Below are positions 19,670-29,179 of a stretch of DNA of 64,000 nucleotides, in pieces. The translations under genes were made by a program, and so were the position numbers. The notes under the pieces were generated by a model. The model was not told the DNA's origin. It searched no databases and saw only the letters and a program-made list of their open reading frames with translations. The stretch's first letter is position 1, and each line of letters begins with the position of its first letter. This DNA comes from a virus. The stretch is taken from the IMG/VR virus record IMGVR_UViG_3300033153_006411, positions 19,135 to 83,134 of that record; one strand, written 5' to 3'.

Positions 19670-20092
19670 ATGGAACAACTAATAGATTTAATGTATCTCG
19701 ACGAGCTTGACCCATCTGGGGTCATCTACCCAACCGAAGTGGTCGCTCGTGCCGTTCAAGAAATCGAGAAACGTATCAACAAGACCGACGGAATTCTCGG
19801 CGAATGCAGTATACCCGTAGGAACCGATTTCTATGCAACCCCTGATATTAGATATCAATCCATTGATATGGGTCGGGTCAGTCATATTGTTCGGCACGTA
19901 TGGATAGAGAAGAACAGGCTAAAGTGCAAAGTGAAGTTGTTAGGGCAGTATGCCCAAATCCGCGAGTTAATGCCAGTCGCGTTCGAAGGAATTCCGCGAG
20001 CCATTGGTGCAATCGAGGGCAGCGGTAAGGAAAAGGTGTGTACAGAGTACACCCTTATTACGGTAGACCTAGCAATGACGGAGCTTGAATAA
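19670..20092 (+). CDS. T4 gp21-like prohead protease homologue, probably inactive
   Basis: GVIYP..V, ILGE, IDMGRVSH and ITVDL follow the gp21 motif order; the GVSSRG catalytic-Ser motif is replaced by GIPRAIG. Confidence 0.6.
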   Translation: MEQLIDLMYLDELDPSGVIYPTEVVARAVQEIEKRINKTDGILGECSIPVGTDFYATPDIRYQSIDMGRVSHIVRHVWIEKNRLKCKVKLLGQYAQIRELMPVAFEGIPRAIGAIEGSGKEKVCTEYTLITVDLAMTELE

Positions 20093-20607
20093 TGAGTTTA
20101 ATGATGAATGATAAAAATCAATTTGTATTTCCGACTGAGGTGATTAATGATCTAGAAATCCTTGCCAGAGACCGATGTGTGGTGAAACGGGATGGCGGAG
20201 TTTCTAATCGGCGTATTGATGCCAACAGAACAGATTTTGATGTAGATTATCTGGGTGTACAAGCTGAATATTGTTTCTCTATTTTATTTGATGTTGATAT
20301 GCATCATGAGGTAGGTGCCCTGTCCGGCGACTCTGGAAAACATGATTATGTAATTGATGGAGTTACTTTCGGAGTTAAAGGTGCCTTCGCGAATGCAAAA
20401 TATCTACTTGTGCCAAAGCACCAGTACCCAGTGAGTGCGGACGTGTTGGTTATGTTCCGGCATGTCTCAAAAAGAATGATGGTTTGTCATGGATATACTA
20501 CTGGTGACAACTTCATGGAACATCACATATGGAAAGATTTAGGATATGGAAGTGATGCTGTTATGCACGTATCAAAGTTGAACCCAATCAGTGAACTTAT
20601 TGATTAG
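20092..20607 (+). CDS. hypothetical protein, PD-(D/E)xK-like fold
   Basis: G..AE, HD...G.T..VK; resembles 62346-62846. Confidence 0.5.
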   Translation: MSLMMNDKNQFVFPTEVINDLEILARDRCVVKRDGGVSNRRIDANRTDFDVDYLGVQAEYCFSILFDVDMHHEVGALSGDSGKHDYVIDGVTFGVKGAFANAKYLLVPKHQYPVSADVLVMFRHVSKRMMVCHGYTTGDNFMEHHIWKDLGYGSDAVMHVSKLNPISELID

Positions 20608-20615
20608 GTGTAAAT

Positions 20616-20828
20616 ATGCCTATCTATGAATACGAATGTAAGGCTTGTGATAAGCGTTCTGAGTTTATCCAAAAGTTCGATTCCGCCCCCAAACGGAAAT
20701 GCCCACGGTGCGGCGAACTAAAACTCAAAAAGGTGATTTCCCGTAGTTCCTTTCAGTTGAAAGGGTCTGGGTGGTATGAGACCGATTTTAAGAATAAGTC
20801 TGGAGGTTCAGATAATGAAAAACACTAA
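20616..20828 (+). CDS. FmdB family zinc-ribbon protein
   Basis: MPIYEYECKAC...CPRCG...SFQLKGSGWYETDFK. Confidence 0.9.
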   Translation: MPIYEYECKACDKRSEFIQKFDSAPKRKCPRCGELKLKKVISRSSFQLKGSGWYETDFKNKSGGSDNEKH

Positions 20829-21048
20829 AGATACCGTGATGAACATGATCGCGGAACAAATGGGGATGCCCGTAGACGCTATAGAAACCACCCACAGAAT
20901 GGTTGATGATTTGGGAGCAGATTCGCTTCACGTCGTCGAGCTAATCATGGGATTGGAAGAAGAGTTCGAAATCGAAGTAGATGATGATGAATTCGACAAA
21001 TGCACTACTGTCCAACAAATAATTGATTATGTGAGCCTTGACTCCTGA
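20815..21048 (+). CDS. acpP: acyl carrier protein
   Basis: DLGADSLHVVELIMGLEEEFEIEV (phosphopantetheine Ser), TVQQIIDYV; GGAGG RBS. Confidence 0.9.
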   Translation: MKNTKDTVMNMIAEQMGMPVDAIETTHRMVDDLGADSLHVVELIMGLEEEFEIEVDDDEFDKCTTVQQIIDYVSLDS

Positions 21049-21094
21049 TCAGTTAGGTTATATGTTGATAGGATAGTAATAGAGGCAAACCCTA

Positions 21095-21640
21095 ATGCGC
21101 TGGTGGATTCCCGTATCCAAAATCTGTAAGTTCCTTTCGTGGACAACCGAAGAGGATGGTATAACACATCAACACGGTTTGTACCGGCTCATAACCGACA
21201 GGGAGATGAGCGAGCCGTATCTACATCGGTATTATCTCCTGAGCACCAGATGGTTGAAGCACTGGTTCCCAAAACTCTCCTACCGACTAGTGTTGCACAA
21301 GTGTGTGCGATCCGATGCTGATGGTCTCCATGATCACCCATGGGCTTGGAAGTCGAAAATACTCGACGGCGGTTATTGGGAATCCATCCCACGCTTATCA
21401 GAGGCAGACCCCGATTTCGAAACCTCAAGGGAGACCGCGAGGGTGTGGCGTGATCCGAAGGATGGATGGCGCAAAGGAAGTGCACTCGCGTACCATCGGC
21501 TCGAATTGCCCCATGAAGGTGCAGAATCATGGTCTCTATTTCTAATGGGGCCGAAGGAAAAGGATTGGGGATTTCAAGATCGCCACGGTGTTTGGGTTCA
21601 GTGGGAAGAATACATTCACAACCGGCACCTATATCTATAA
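21095..21640 (+). CDS. cupin-like phage protein
   Basis: PYLHRYY, LHDHPW...S.ILDGGYWE, YHRLEL, WGF. Confidence 0.7.
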   Translation: MRWWIPVSKICKFLSWTTEEDGITHQHGLYRLITDREMSEPYLHRYYLLSTRWLKHWFPKLSYRLVLHKCVRSDADGLHDHPWAWKSKILDGGYWESIPRLSEADPDFETSRETARVWRDPKDGWRKGSALAYHRLELPHEGAESWSLFLMGPKEKDWGFQDRHGVWVQWEEYIHNRHLYL

Positions 21641-21882
21641 TGACCAAGATCACATTACTGCAATTGGAGGTCGTCGAGTATGAAGATGCGGCTGATCTAG
21701 AGCGGCTTATTAAATTTCATAGGGACATGCTGTCTAAGGCAATCGACGACCTGAAGAACCCGAAGACCGATGCCATTATAAGCGCCGTTGCTTATAATCT
21801 GGTACATCTGATGCGAGAGCTACAGAAAAACAAACGGCAACGGGCTAAGCTGCTAGTACTCGACGGTGGCAAAAAAGACTAG
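21640..21882 (+). CDS. hypothetical protein
   Basis: start overlaps the upstream stop; ends LLVLDGGK. Confidence 0.5.
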   Translation: MTKITLLQLEVVEYEDAADLERLIKFHRDMLSKAIDDLKNPKTDAIISAVAYNLVHLMRELQKNKRQRAKLLVLDGGKKD

Positions 21883-21948
21883 ACAAATCCGAAAACTTTA
21901 TGTTAGACTTCTCTTACATTTTGAATCAAATTATAAGAGGATGTATAC

Positions 21949-23391
21949 ATGTCATCAGACGCTAGCGACGAAGATATTGCACGTGCCAAAGCGGAGACAG
22001 AGTTTCTAGTCACGCCTTCCCAATTATATCAAACACTGGAACACTGCCTTTCCGCAGTCACCCCAGAAGGACAACCCAAAGAACAAGCGAACGTGATGGT
22101 ATGGGGTGCCATGGGTATCGGTAAGACCGATGTCTGTCGTACTCTCGGCGTGCCATGGGGCATGCGCATAGTTTCCCTCCACCTTCCACAGTACGACCCT
22201 ACTGACCTAAAAGGCATTCCGATATTTCTTGATGACAAGGGCAACACTCTTGCTGAAACGGATTCCAAAGGTAAGGTTCGCTGGATACCTTCCAGTTATC
22301 TCCCACAATTCATCAACCGTATTATTGATGAAGAATGCACCGAAGCAACCTTCGTATTTGATTGGCCAGATGCCGAGCAAATCATGGTTCACCTTTATTC
22401 GCCTGATGGTAAGATTATTTGCCGTGCGAATGATCAGATGCAGGGCGATCTTGGTTTGGACAAATACACGGTTGATATCGATTCCATTAAGGGAACTGTA
22501 ATGGTACGTGGTGACCTCCAGAAGGGAGCCCGAATCCACGTCATCGACAAAGCCATCATCTTCCTTGATGAGCTTTCCGCCGCCGTACCTGAAGTACAGA
22601 ACGCTGCTCTCCAGTTGGTACTGGACAAGCGTGTCGGTGAATATGACGTTCCTCCTTTTACTCCGCTGATTGCCGCTGGTAATCGTGAATCGGATCAGGC
22701 TTTCGTAAGCCCGATGTCCATGCCCCTGTGTAACAGGTTCATGCACCTTCGCCTCATTCACTCTGTGGAAGACTGGATGGACTGGGCTGTCATCAAACGC
22801 ATCGATCCTTCAATCCTTGGTTACATCCAGTGGAAGAAGCATCACCTGTTTCATTTCGAGCCCGACACTATCACCGAGGGTGATTGTGGTTTCCCCACAC
22901 CTCGTTCGTGGGCTAAGCTCAGTGAGCAAATGAAAGGAATGGACGGATTACCAGAGTCGATTCAGGCTGCAATCATTACTGGTTACATCGGTAAGGCTAT
23001 CGGTCAGCAGTTCATCGAACACCGAAAGATAGCACATAAGCTGCCTTCTACGGACGAAATTCTTCAGGGTAAGGAACCCGATATCCCTGACGACTTGAAT
23101 GTTGGAGCCAAGTACCACCTTGCCTTGGGTCTGTGCTATGCACTTGCTGATTACCATGCCAAGTACTTCGACGAAGAACTCGGTAATGATGCGGAGTTCC
23201 AATGCAAAGAATGGCAGACAGCAGCCAACTCGTTCTGCAACTTCATCCACGATAATTTAGGTAAGGAGATGACGGTACTGTGTGTACACGTTGCCTCCCG
23301 TCATTTGGATATTTCATTCGTGAAATTCCGAAGCCCTAAGTTTACAGCCTTCGCCAAGAAGTATCGGAACATCATCCGCAGGACTATCTAA
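21949..23391 (+). CDS. MoxR-like AAA+ ATPase with an internal insertion
   Basis: Walker A GAMGIGKT, Walker B IIFLDE, AAGNR, PLCNRF, FPTPRSW. Confidence 0.9.
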   Translation: MSSDASDEDIARAKAETEFLVTPSQLYQTLEHCLSAVTPEGQPKEQANVMVWGAMGIGKTDVCRTLGVPWGMRIVSLHLPQYDPTDLKGIPIFLDDKGNTLAETDSKGKVRWIPSSYLPQFINRIIDEECTEATFVFDWPDAEQIMVHLYSPDGKIICRANDQMQGDLGLDKYTVDIDSIKGTVMVRGDLQKGARIHVIDKAIIFLDELSAAVPEVQNAALQLVLDKRVGEYDVPPFTPLIAAGNRESDQAFVSPMSMPLCNRFMHLRLIHSVEDWMDWAVIKRIDPSILGYIQWKKHHLFHFEPDTITEGDCGFPTPRSWAKLSEQMKGMDGLPESIQAAIITGYIGKAIGQQFIEHRKIAHKLPSTDEILQGKEPDIPDDLNVGAKYHLALGLCYALADYHAKYFDEELGNDAEFQCKEWQTAANSFCNFIHDNLGKEMTVLCVHVASRHLDISFVKFRSPKFTAFAKKYRNIIRRTI

Positions 23392-23392
23392 C

Positions 23393-24835
23393 ATGCAATT
23401 GCATGAATTCGATGCGACTATCCTCGGAATAGCCGAGAGTGAGGAACAGTCTAACAAGTTTGTTCCTCCTCCGCGACGGTTCCGTAAGGATGAGTTCGCC
23501 GACGAGGATGCTTACAATGATCTCATCGTTGCCAAATCTCAGCTTCTTAAAGAATTCCCGTTTTGGGGAATTCTTGGGCTGACGGTGGTATTGGTCGAGC
23601 GTCCCGATGACGAATTACCAACGCTTGCCACTGATGGTATGCACATTTTCTACAACGCGAATTTCACAAAAAAACTCACAAAGGGTGAACGTGTTTTCGC
23701 CATAGCCCACGAACTGTTTCATGGTCTATACGATCACGCTGGCAACAACAGCCGCTTCGAACATTATACCGGTATCAATATGAAACGGTTGTTCGAAGAG
23801 GGCGATCAGGAAAAGATAAAAGAAGGGATGAGGCTGAAAATGCTTTGGAACTTTGCCGCCGACTTTATAGTTAATGGCGGACTGGTCGAAGCCCACGTTG
23901 GTGAATTCATCAAGACAATCAATATCCTTTACGATGACGAATATCTTGGTTGGGCGGTCGAAGATGTTTACGATGACCTCCTGAAGAATCCTGAAAAGAT
24001 TCCACAGGACGCACAGTGCCTAGACGAACACATCGAAGTTGAGGTTGTGTCTGACGAGGAAGCTGCCAAGGCCAAGGAAGAAGGGAAAGACGGCGAAGGC
24101 AACAGATTCGTCATGGGAGAATCCGAATACGAGAAATTGAAATACGAGTGGAAAGAAACCATGATCTCTGCCGCTGCTGCTCAGAAGGAACACGAGCAAC
24201 GCGAATCGACTGCTGCCGGTTGTATCCCTACAGCCATTCAACGCCTTATAGACGAACTGGCGAAGCCGAAGGTGAACTGGAGGCAGGCATTGCGCCGTGC
24301 GGTCCAACGAATCATCCACCGACGGTATTCGTACAAGTCTCCAAACAAGGGGCTCTTCAGTCGTGGCATCACAATCCCGGGTTTCCGTGATTCTGTAAAC
24401 AAGCTGGATGTTGCTATCTTCGTCGATACCTCTGGTTCCGTTAGTGAGGCACAGTTAACCGCATTTATTTCCGAATTCAAAGGCATGATGGACGCATTCC
24501 CGCGTTACAAAATCCACGCTCACTGTTTCGACGGTGCTGTCTGTGAAGAGAGTATTGTCAAGCTGGAGAAAAGCCATGGGCAAGATGGTTGGGACCACAT
24601 CCGTAAATTCATTAATCGTATTTCCGGTGGTGGTGGTACAGACTTCCAATGCAACTGGGATTACCTCAAGGAACACAATATTAAGCCACGCATGATCATC
24701 ATGTTGACGGACGGTTATCCGTGCGGTGGTTGGGGTGACCCCCGATGGGCTCCTACCATATTCTTCATGATGGGGAATGGTAGATCAATCAAGGCACCGT
24801 TCGGAGCAACGATTCATTACGAAGACTTCCAATGA
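23393..24835 (+). CDS. DUF2201-like metallopeptidase (HExxH) plus VWA domain protein, MoxR partner
   Basis: TLATDG, AHELFH, WNFAAD; MIDAS motif DTSGS, GGGTDF, TDG. Confidence 0.88.
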   Translation: MQLHEFDATILGIAESEEQSNKFVPPPRRFRKDEFADEDAYNDLIVAKSQLLKEFPFWGILGLTVVLVERPDDELPTLATDGMHIFYNANFTKKLTKGERVFAIAHELFHGLYDHAGNNSRFEHYTGINMKRLFEEGDQEKIKEGMRLKMLWNFAADFIVNGGLVEAHVGEFIKTINILYDDEYLGWAVEDVYDDLLKNPEKIPQDAQCLDEHIEVEVVSDEEAAKAKEEGKDGEGNRFVMGESEYEKLKYEWKETMISAAAAQKEHEQRESTAAGCIPTAIQRLIDELAKPKVNWRQALRRAVQRIIHRRYSYKSPNKGLFSRGITIPGFRDSVNKLDVAIFVDTSGSVSEAQLTAFISEFKGMMDAFPRYKIHAHCFDGAVCEESIVKLEKSHGQDGWDHIRKFINRISGGGGTDFQCNWDYLKEHNIKPRMIIMLTDGYPCGGWGDPRWAPTIFFMMGNGRSIKAPFGATIHYEDFQ

Positions 24836-25698
24836 TCGATGTCCAATCCCTATTTCCTGAACTGGAAGGTTCCATTGTAACCTTCACTGGTGAGACAATC
24901 ACGGTCATGGTGCGTCACCGCGACACCCTTAGCTTTGAACTGAAGAAAGCAATGAGCCACCGAACGAAATGTCCGATGCATTTCATGATTCAGACAAAAA
25001 CTGAATTCAAGCAAGAATGGTGGATGGACGGTTCTATATACAACCCCTTCGGTGCTGCCATACAAACCATCACCAATACGGATTATTTGGAACATCATTA
25101 TAACAAGGCTGGTCAATTGGCTTGTGAGTATGGTCCGGCGAAAATAGAACACCGTTACGGAAAACATTACAGGGAAGAATGGCGCAATTTGAAAGGACAA
25201 CCCCACCGCGATGGTGGACCGGCATTAACCGAAGTGGAATATTACTCCCCACCAGTTTCGGGGAAAGCGGAGATCACTCAGCGGGTATTCACGTGGTGCC
25301 AGCGCGGGGAGCCATCGAATGGCGACTCATGGGCGGATCAGATTGATCTCTCGGGGACAGAAACGATTAAGAAAACGCCAGACGGATTCATACGAACGTT
25401 GGAGATGACAGAACGTCAACTAACGTGGTACCAAGATGGGCAGAAACACCGAACCGACGGACCAGCGGGCATAATTTTCCACGACTTCAAAGAAATTGAG
25501 AAAGGTGGGAAAATTAGATGGACGTGGGGTAGTTGGGACATGGATTGGTGCATTAAGGGAAAGATTATACCAACCGGAAAAATACTGAAGTGGGCTAAAG
25601 CAGCCTCGATTAAAATGTGGAACGAGCCTTGTTACGACAAGTCTGTGTTCCGAAACCCTGAAGATGAATTTCATTTCATCACTGACTTTGCGGAGTAA
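24832..25698 (+). CDS. phage protein with HR.DGPA repeats
   Basis: repeated HRDGGPA / HRTDGPA / EYGPA motifs. Confidence 0.6.
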   Translation: MIDVQSLFPELEGSIVTFTGETITVMVRHRDTLSFELKKAMSHRTKCPMHFMIQTKTEFKQEWWMDGSIYNPFGAAIQTITNTDYLEHHYNKAGQLACEYGPAKIEHRYGKHYREEWRNLKGQPHRDGGPALTEVEYYSPPVSGKAEITQRVFTWCQRGEPSNGDSWADQIDLSGTETIKKTPDGFIRTLEMTERQLTWYQDGQKHRTDGPAGIIFHDFKEIEKGGKIRWTWGSWDMDWCIKGKIIPTGKILKWAKAASIKMWNEPCYDKSVFRNPEDEFHFITDFAE

Positions 25699-25702
25699 AA
25701 TT

Positions 25703-25894
25703 ATGAACGTACAAGATTTCACGGTAACCGAACGTGTTGATGGCGAACGGCGAGCGTGTACCGATGGTTTGCGAATTAACATGACTAAGGAGTATGCCGA
25801 ATCATTGCTAATCATTTTGAAAACGGAACTATTGGACAAAACCAAACACGAAGTGGATATCTGTCTATTTGGTGAGATAGCGCTTGACTACTAA
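25703..25894 (+). CDS. hypothetical protein
   Basis: GGAG RBS, operon continuity. Confidence 0.5.
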   Translation: MNVQDFTVTERVDGERRACTDGLRINMTKEYAESLLIILKTELLDKTKHEVDICLFGEIALDY

Positions 25895-25952
25895 CACGCC
25901 AGAAGTGGCGAATTAAGTCCAAATAAGGCGATAATTCGCCAACTAAGGCGAG
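25895..25952. terminator. palindromic element between convergent genes
   Basis: inverted repeat TGGCGAATTA...TAATTCGCCA. Confidence 0.45.
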
Positions 25953-26594
25953 TTAACCGAACTGCTTTTTGGCTGCACTGGCAATCTCGCCAGAGTGAAA
26001 TGGCAGAACACGTAGAACACGATTAAGGTGCTTGCACGTTATTCCTCGCTCACTAGGATTACGCTCACGCGGATATCGCTCTTCAGGATAGATCGCAGCA
26101 TCTAGTACCGTACACATGTACTGGTAACCCCAATACAGGAACGACGGACACGTACAATGCATCTTGATGTTTCCCGCCCACAGCAACATACGAGCACGTT
26201 CTGAGAAATTCAAATCTGGGTCTGATGCTATTTCCTCCCAGTCTTCAAATTGAATGCTGTTGGTGTAGCGGATACGATTGCTCTCGCTGTTTGAAGAGTT
26301 GACGTGGAAGTTCATTACATCGTCTGGCTGGAATCCAACAAACCTAATACCGGTTAGTTCATCTGCTCTGATTTTCTGACTCAAGAAACTACCATCAACC
26401 AACGAGCCGATTTCCTTATAAGTGGCTTCGTTCAGGGTAGCGACTGTTCGCATCGGGACACTAATGTAGGGACTGTGTTGCTGGCACACCGCAGAGTGCC
26501 GAGTGTAGTCAACATTTTCTACGATGGTATTAGAACCATGGTATCCCCATTGTCCCCGTAGTACTGGTCGGTTCTGTAACTTCGATACCTGCAT
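25953..26594 (-). CDS. SWIM zinc-finger phage protein
   Basis: HCTCPSF.Y.G...NP...GITCKHL. Confidence 0.7.
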   Translation of the reverse strand: MQVSKLQNRPVLRGQWGYHGSNTIVENVDYTRHSAVCQQHSPYISVPMRTVATLNEATYKEIGSLVDGSFLSQKIRADELTGIRFVGFQPDDVMNFHVNSSNSESNRIRYTNSIQFEDWEEIASDPDLNFSERARMLLWAGNIKMHCTCPSFLYWGYQYMCTVLDAAIYPEERYPRERNPSERGITCKHLNRVLRVLPFHSGEIASAAKKQFG

Positions 26595-26596
26595 GA

Positions 26597-27142
26597 TTAA
26601 TCTACCGACAAGATGAATGAGTTAGCACGGTTCATCCAACCTTTGCGGAACTTCTCCTGCGTTGGGTTGTTAGCGATGATCTTCTCATAGAATGCCTTGC
26701 GCTCCTCGACCATGGCGTTCTGAAAATATGGACCCATTGCGTCTTGAGCCTTCTTGGCAGCGTCACGAGTCATCGGCCCCATGCCACCATCGACACCAAG
26801 AGTTCCGAAGCCAGCCTTATTTATGGTCTTCTGGAGAATCTTCACAGCGCGACCCGGTCCGTGATTGACAGCCATGTCAAATACGAATACCTGTGGGTGT
26901 GGGAACACGAGCCAATCAATCTTCGGCTTCTTTAGGTAACGTGTATCATAGATGTCCCGAGCTTCATCCTCGGTGAGGTTCTTCACGTCATCCACCGAAA
27001 CGGGGTGACCGCGCCATTCAGTCAAGGTCTGCTGTGTCACACCCAGATTGGTCGCCCCACCTTTGTCTGCGGGATCGTTGACGAATCCACCCTCATGTTT
27101 TAAAATAATGTTCTTAATTGGGTCATCGTATACATTACTCAT
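26597..27142 (-). CDS. GH108 lysozyme with peptidoglycan-binding domain (endolysin)
   Basis: HEGGFVNDPADKGGATNLGVT, FDMAVNHG, VDG.MGP.T, F.KGWMNR. Confidence 0.92.
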   Translation of the reverse strand: MSNVYDDPIKNIILKHEGGFVNDPADKGGATNLGVTQQTLTEWRGHPVSVDDVKNLTEDEARDIYDTRYLKKPKIDWLVFPHPQVFVFDMAVNHGPGRAVKILQKTINKAGFGTLGVDGGMGPMTRDAAKKAQDAMGPYFQNAMVEERKAFYEKIIANNPTQEKFRKGWMNRANSFILSVD

Positions 27143-27378
27143 GATATTTCCTTGAATTGATTGGGAGTTATGTCTATATTTACGTCGATAAGCACTGGAA
27201 CCGAAATTTCATTAAGAAAAAAGAATGTTGGCTCTCAGGTTCATGTTGAGAACTAAGTCACACTTTAGAATTTGATCCAAGTCGGCATTCAATGTATATT
27301 GAACTCGTGTCTGAAGTTAGACGTAATAAAAGCCACGAACAATACCGTTCGTAGTTGTAACAAATTAGGAGCATTAAA

Positions 27379-28113
27379 ATGCGCAAGGTAATCATCTCAA
27401 TCTTTGCAGCCCTCACACTAGCAGCAACCGGTGTTTTGGCTGATCCCCCTCATAACGTAACTCATTATACCAGTAGCAACGACGGCGGACTCATTCAGGG
27501 TTCATCCGTTACCGCTGGTTCCATCAGTGGTGCAACTACGGTAGGTACTGGCTTCGCTGGTACATACGGCATCTCTATCATGAGTGCCGGAACAACTGGC
27601 AAATTCAAAACGGGCGAGTCTCTTAGCCTCATCCAAGGTACTTCTTGGGTTGCTGGTCACTCCGAGTCTGGTACTCTGGTAGAAGGCGCAGGTGCCGCTG
27701 GTTCTATTGCTGGTGGTGAAGCTGACGCCGGTTTTGGTGGTGCAGGATACTTCGCTGAAGGTTCTCATCAACATCGCTGCCACCACGGTTGCGGTCCCCG
27801 TATCAATCGAGAGACTACACAGGTAGGCGACGCTTGGGCATTTGGTGGAGCATCTGGTTCCTCATGGGCTGCTTCTGGTAGCATCGGTGACGGAGAAGGT
27901 CTGTCTGTACAGGGCTTCGAAGCATACGGTGAAGCCAAAGCTAAGTCCAAAATCACCAACGACGGTGGCGAGTACACTGCTATTACTAACGTGAAGACTG
28001 CTTCTGGCGCTCTGTCATACACCATCGAAGAAGGTAAAGCGATTGGTCAGACACACGCTGTCGGTTGGGGATTTGCGGGTGCCGATGTATGGCGGGTACA
28101 CGAAGACGACTAA
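27379..28113 (+). CDS. secreted Gly/Ala/Ser-rich protein
   Basis: signal peptide MRKVII...VLA; AGGAG RBS. Confidence 0.65.
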   Translation: MRKVIISIFAALTLAATGVLADPPHNVTHYTSSNDGGLIQGSSVTAGSISGATTVGTGFAGTYGISIMSAGTTGKFKTGESLSLIQGTSWVAGHSESGTLVEGAGAAGSIAGGEADAGFGGAGYFAEGSHQHRCHHGCGPRINRETTQVGDAWAFGGASGSSWAASGSIGDGEGLSVQGFEAYGEAKAKSKITNDGGEYTAITNVKTASGALSYTIEEGKAIGQTHAVGWGFAGADVWRVHEDD

Positions 28114-28191
28114 GTCTTAGTATCCAGAAACACGGGGTCTGAACCTAGACCCCTCGTTTTCAACAACAACTTCCCGAAAGGAGAAAACTCA

Positions 28192-28800
28192 ATGAAAATC
28201 ATGCTGATTTCAGCACCGGTTCTGGCTGGCAACAACAATGCTACTGCGACTGCTACAACCAGTGCGTCTTCCCAACAGGGAAACACGCAGGGTATTACTA
28301 CAACCAACCACGGTTCCGACCTCAGCGACGCTGTTCCTGCTGTTGTGGCTCCCTCGTTGACAACCACACTGTCTGAAACCTGTATGGGTTCCACCAGCAT
28401 GGGTGTCGCAGGTGCCGGTTTCGGTATCTCTTTTGGTTCCACATGGAAAGACGAGGCATGTGTTCGCCGTCTGGACTCCCGTGAGCTTCGCAGCTTCGGT
28501 TCAGGTCTGGCTCCAAACGATGCCATCCTTTTCCACTTCGCTGCTAAAGAGCGTATGTGTGCCGACAAGAAGATTCGTGCTGCCTTCGAACGCGTCTACA
28601 TGATGACTGACCGCAAAGATGCCCTTTGCCAGTCAACATCTGACGAGCAAGTTAAAGCTGCCCACGAACGTGCTGCTGCACAGGCTGCTGGCCTTGAAGT
28701 TAGCAACGACATTTACTACGTCGAAGACCAACGTTCTGACAAGCAGATCGCGATGGACAAGCGTAATGCTCGTCAAGTGCAATGGGAAGACCGCAGGTAA
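28192..28800 (+). CDS. putative exported Cys-containing protein
   Basis: AAGGAG RBS; ETCMGS...GFGISFG...C motif. Confidence 0.6.
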   Translation: MKIMLISAPVLAGNNNATATATTSASSQQGNTQGITTTNHGSDLSDAVPAVVAPSLTTTLSETCMGSTSMGVAGAGFGISFGSTWKDEACVRRLDSRELRSFGSGLAPNDAILFHFAAKERMCADKKIRAAFERVYMMTDRKDALCQSTSDEQVKAAHERAAAQAAGLEVSNDIYYVEDQRSDKQIAMDKRNARQVQWEDRR

Positions 28801-28820
28801 ACATTGACATTCGTGTCATT

Positions 28821-28853
28821 GAAAAAGGGGACATTCGTGTCCCCTTTTTATTT
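28821..28853 (+). terminator. intrinsic terminator
   Basis: AAAAAGGGGACA-TTCG-TGTCCCCTTTTT. Confidence 0.85.
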
Positions 28854-28891
28854 GGGTTGCAAAAAATAGTAATGCGAGTTATATTCTCTGA

Positions 28892-29179
28892 ATGAAATAT
28901 AATATTAGAGAAATGAGTTGGTTCAAGAGACGCGCCCCCACCAAAGACCCTATTCCGGTCGAAGTGCTTGAGGTAGAAGACCTTCAACTGATCCATAATC
29001 ACCCTACCAACTTGCTAGTCAAGTTTCGGTTCTATCACCGTGATGGTACTGAAACGTATGAAACGCACGAACTGGGCGGTAGGGTTCATCAGAACGCAAT
29101 CAAGAAAGATCGGTGGACATTGAACGGTCTGAATCCTAACGGACTGAGTGCTCTCATCGACTTAGAGGAAGAAGAATGA
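28892..29179 (+). CDS. hypothetical protein
   Basis: ORF coupled to the downstream phosphoesterase; start may be the second Met. Confidence 0.45.
   Translation: MKYNIREMSWFKRRAPTKDPIPVEVLEVEDLQLIHNHPTNLLVKFRFYHRDGTETYETHELGGRVHQNAIKKDRWTLNGLNPNGLSALIDLEEEE

Noticed and set aside
22300-22560. Intein in the MoxR ATPase
   Set aside because: No N-terminal Cys/Ser block or C-terminal His-Asn, and the insert is too short
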